Shown here: positions 60,760-64,000 of the stretch, one piece after another
Numbering within the stretch: the first letter of the stretch is position 1
Layout: every line of letters starts with the position of its first letter
Assembly (NCBI GenBank): GCA_051362555.1
Contig: CM120640.1
Location: forward strand, 34,863,967 to 34,927,966
Length of the DNA stretch: 64,000 nucleotides
Direction: 5' to 3'
From: Lingula anatina
Lineage: Eukaryota; Animalia; Brachiopoda
The notes under the pieces: generated by a model
What the model saw: the letters and a program-made list of their open reading frames with translations, nothing else
Database searches by the model: none
Told to the model about the DNA's origin: nothing
Program-made: the position numbers and the translations under genes

Positions 60760-62989
60760 GTAGGATACCCATGGTACATGTACACAGATGTTTGCTAGTA
60801 GGGACATATCTTGAATTGGCCTTTTGTTACTTTTCATATACTTTGCCATGTTGTCATCAAGATAAGTTCACTTTGAAGTGTTTCTTAATAACTTTATATA
60901 GATTTAGCTCCATGAGTCTTTCAGGTTAGGTTTGGAATTTAAATCACGGTTTCTTTTCAGGTATTAAATTTTCTTTCCTTGCTAAATTTTAAGTAACTGC
61001 TATTGACTGATAATTATAATACTGTAAGCAGTATTTGGTGATTGGTATATATCAGGTTAACTCATCCAAAAAATTGATTTTTGTAAGATAGGTAGGATGA
61101 GGATATAATTGCTACATTTGAAAGAAACTATTCACACTTCTTTGTGGAGGAATATCTCAAATTTGAATGAAGTTTGTTAAAAATGCATGTAACAACCATG
61201 GATACAAGTACAGCTATAGAATTGGCTTTTGGTTACTTCCACAAAACAGAATCTCCAATTACATCAAAGCTTCTTAACACATTGCATTTTGTCCAAAAGA
61301 ACTTCCCTGGGGCACATACATGTATTTCACAATTTTTGCTGGAAAAGCAAAAGAAAGACTATACTTATATGAGCACATCAAGTATTGCCAATATAATTGA
61401 GGTGAAAAATGGTATATATTTTTACTGCATAGTAAATTTTTTTTCAAAACAGATATGAATTAAGAAGATTTACAGGTTAAGATATTCTATAAGATATTTA
61501 AAAATTATTTTGTCTGTATAATATTTTCCTTAGTTTGTGGTGCAGTGCTTTTAAATGTTCTCCTACTTGCTTTTCCCAAATTAGTTGTGAAGATGGTCAT
61601 GGAATGGTAGTCTTTAAATAATGAATAATGAATATACACAAACTGCCATGTTAGAACCATTTTCAAGTGGTTCTGTTACATAAAATAAAAATCAATTCAC
61701 ATAATTTGAAATAAAGACACGTGTAATGATTATTTTTTAACTGGTTAAATGAGGTTACCAGGATATTTTTTAACGCTCTTATGAATCCTTTTTTTGTTAT
61801 TGCTTATTAGATGGGTCAATTTATTTATTCATCTTTAATTAGGTTCACTTTTATGTATTACTGCAGTACACACACACACACGTATGAGATTGTGGTTGTT
61901 GAGATTTATGAGATTTTATGTCAGTTCAACAACAGTTTTACAACTAACTATAATTTTTGTTATTGAGTATAGGATGGAGTACTGGTACACTATACATACT
62001 ATAATTATGATTGTCAACCTTTTTTTACCTAGTTATGAATTCATACAGAATTAAATTAGAACATTTTCATAATTTCTGCAGAAAATAATAAAATTATAAT
62101 GAAATCAAAGCAATAATTATTTAACCATGCTTTCACTGGCATTCTTTGCGGTTTAAAAGTTTTAAAAGATTATATAATGTTTACCAGCGGCAAAAGCCAG
62201 GAAGACTGATTATCTTAATTTCAGCAACGGTTCCTGCTGCTATTGTACTGATCAGATTAGCAAGTCTATAATTGCTACAGCCTTTTCAATTACATACAGG
62301 TATATTGTAAGTGATTTATGGCACGCTATGGTGACCGACTTCTGTCCTGTTGTCAAAGGCCATGAGTAATGTCTGAAAATGAAGCAGCAAATAGTTCTGA
62401 CCAACTGTTTGATGCCACTGCACGTGGTTAATTACAAATTTAATTTGCTTTCCGGTGCAGCTGTGTTATAAAACTGCCGCAATTGCATTCATATTGTTTT
62501 AGCAGCCATCAGGAGAGAGAGATAAGAGGCTTCTGTTAGATTGACTCTACATGGTTGAGTTTCCTTTGACTCTGGATTTCATTGTTCTAGTGTGGGTAGA
62601 TCCTTGGATAGCAAACAACTTCTTCTTTCTACCAAGTGCGGAGGAGAGCTGGTGTCTTCTGAGAGTTTCTGTGTCTTTTAGATTTACTCAACAGTTACCA
62701 GCAGACTGTATTTTACCACACAGAGCTTCTGAGGCATCTGTCTGTTATTACTTGACAGAAAGGAAAACTTAACCTCAAGGGGAAATGAGAAGAAGGCAAT
62801 CTAAGTTCCTTCAGGCATGATGTGTGTTAGGAAACTGAAACATGTCAGTTGAGTAATCTGGAATTTACTGCAGGTGAAAGTTGAAATTTCATTCAACTTT
62901 TTGTTATTAAACCAGAGGTAAAGTGGTAGACTGAATTTGAAGCTAATGCTGCACACATATGTTCAGTGCATTGTTGTAGAGAAGGTGCA

Positions 62990-63129
62990 ATGACTGGTTG
63001 TCTACCAGTGACCAGAAAAAAGACTTCCCTAGGGATGAAAAGTAATTTTCATGTGCCTTATGATTCCATGGTACTGCGTTTTCGTTCTAGTCCCATTCCA
63101 CTTGGAGTTTTGCCTTCTAAGAAGCACAG
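62990..63129 (+). CDS. Candidate alternative first coding exon (46 codons + 2 nt)
   Basis: MTGCLPVTRKKTSLGMKSNFHVPYDSMVLRFRSSPIPLGVLPSKKH, AG|GTATGT, phase 2; upstream TATAAAA at 62467. Confidence 0.55.
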
Positions 63130-63349
63130 GTATGTCACAGACATGATAGACCATTCTGGTGTGCAAATACATATAAAATTTATTAATAAAATAGTATGTA
63201 GGTTTAACATATTGCTATATGCATTACATATTCATTGTGTCAAGATTGTATGCATTCTACATTGTAAATGGAATAATCTGCAAGTGATAATAACAATATT
63301 GAGAAAAAAAAACTCTGCCAATAGGTATACATAAACTATATAGTGTTAC

Positions 63350-63515
63350 CAGGACCATAGCCGGGGGAGGAGGTGTCGAAGGGTCGAAAAACCCTTTTTG
63401 CTGGGAAAAGGTCCACTCTGGGTAAAATTTGATCTTTGTCCTTAAAGATTTTATGGTAAAAGGTCCACTTTTTCAGAAAACGAACCCCCCTCTGAAATTG
63501 CTGGCTACAGGCCTG
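63350..63515. mobile_element. hAT-type MITE with a 5-bp TSD
   Basis: TIRs CAGGACCATAGCC / GGCTACAGGCCTG with GTTAC directly on both flanks. Confidence 0.75.
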
Positions 63516-64000
63516 GTTACTGATTAGTATAAGCTACATATTAACGGACACCTGTACTAGTAGGATTTATATTTGGATTGTTTCAGTTACAGTATCTTAA
63601 CCAATGATTTAATCCATTTAAAAATTGTGAAGAAGATATACCACATCGCCTCTGGCTTTACTCTAAAATTGCATGAGTCCGAAGTTTCATACTCCAGAAT
63701 ACTAACAAAAAATACTATGTCACTAAGATTAACAATGCATTTACAGCAATTTTCATCATTGTTTTATTCAATTAGACGTGTCAGATCAGTTTTGTAGTAT
63801 TTTAAATTAGTATTTTAAATATGGTAAGTGATGCTGTGTCATTGAAAAGTTTTTCAAAAATGAAGCTTTTAAATCCATCACTTAAATTGTCTCTTGAAGC
63901 TTGATTCCATGTAGTAATAGATTTTAAAAACAGGATTAATATTTTTGGAAGTGTTTATTTAAGACATTTTGTTAGTATACTAGTAATTTAGTACTGTGCT

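Noticed and set aside
61174-61458. 94-aa ORF as another alternative first exon
   Set aside because: Only weak phase-0 or phase-1 donors and no recognisable homology
44126-63129. Assigning the gene symbol PDE4/dunce to the downstream gene
   Set aside because: No conserved domain (UCR1 or catalytic) lies inside the window; the support is only circumstantial

Overview
AT-rich animal genomic DNA with spliceosomal introns, probably from a marine invertebrate or lophotrochozoan (inferred from the transposon repertoire). It has three zones. (1) About 1-32.3 kb is a dense, nested field of decayed transposons: Penelope, hAT, intron-containing pogo and Tc1 (DD34E) transposases, PIF/Harbinger Myb genes, a P-like transposase, Gypsy, L2/CR1- and RTE-type LINEs, Pif1 helicase exons, two foldback elements, and Kolobok and piggyBac-type non-autonomous elements. 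Of 19 orientable coding remnants, 17 lie on the + strand. (2) About 33.0-43.4 kb is a complete IFT74 gene: 23 coding exons, about 599 aa, a last intron of U12 type, a start codon apparently split by intron 1, and an intronic HINE/DINE-like element plus two Harbinger MITEs. (3) About 43.7-64 kb is the 5' region of an unidentified + strand gene. It has at least 7 candidate alternative N-terminal coding units, each starting at ATG and ending at a phase-2 GT donor, and the shared exons appear to lie beyond the window. All calls come from manual reading and recalled family motifs; no searches were run.
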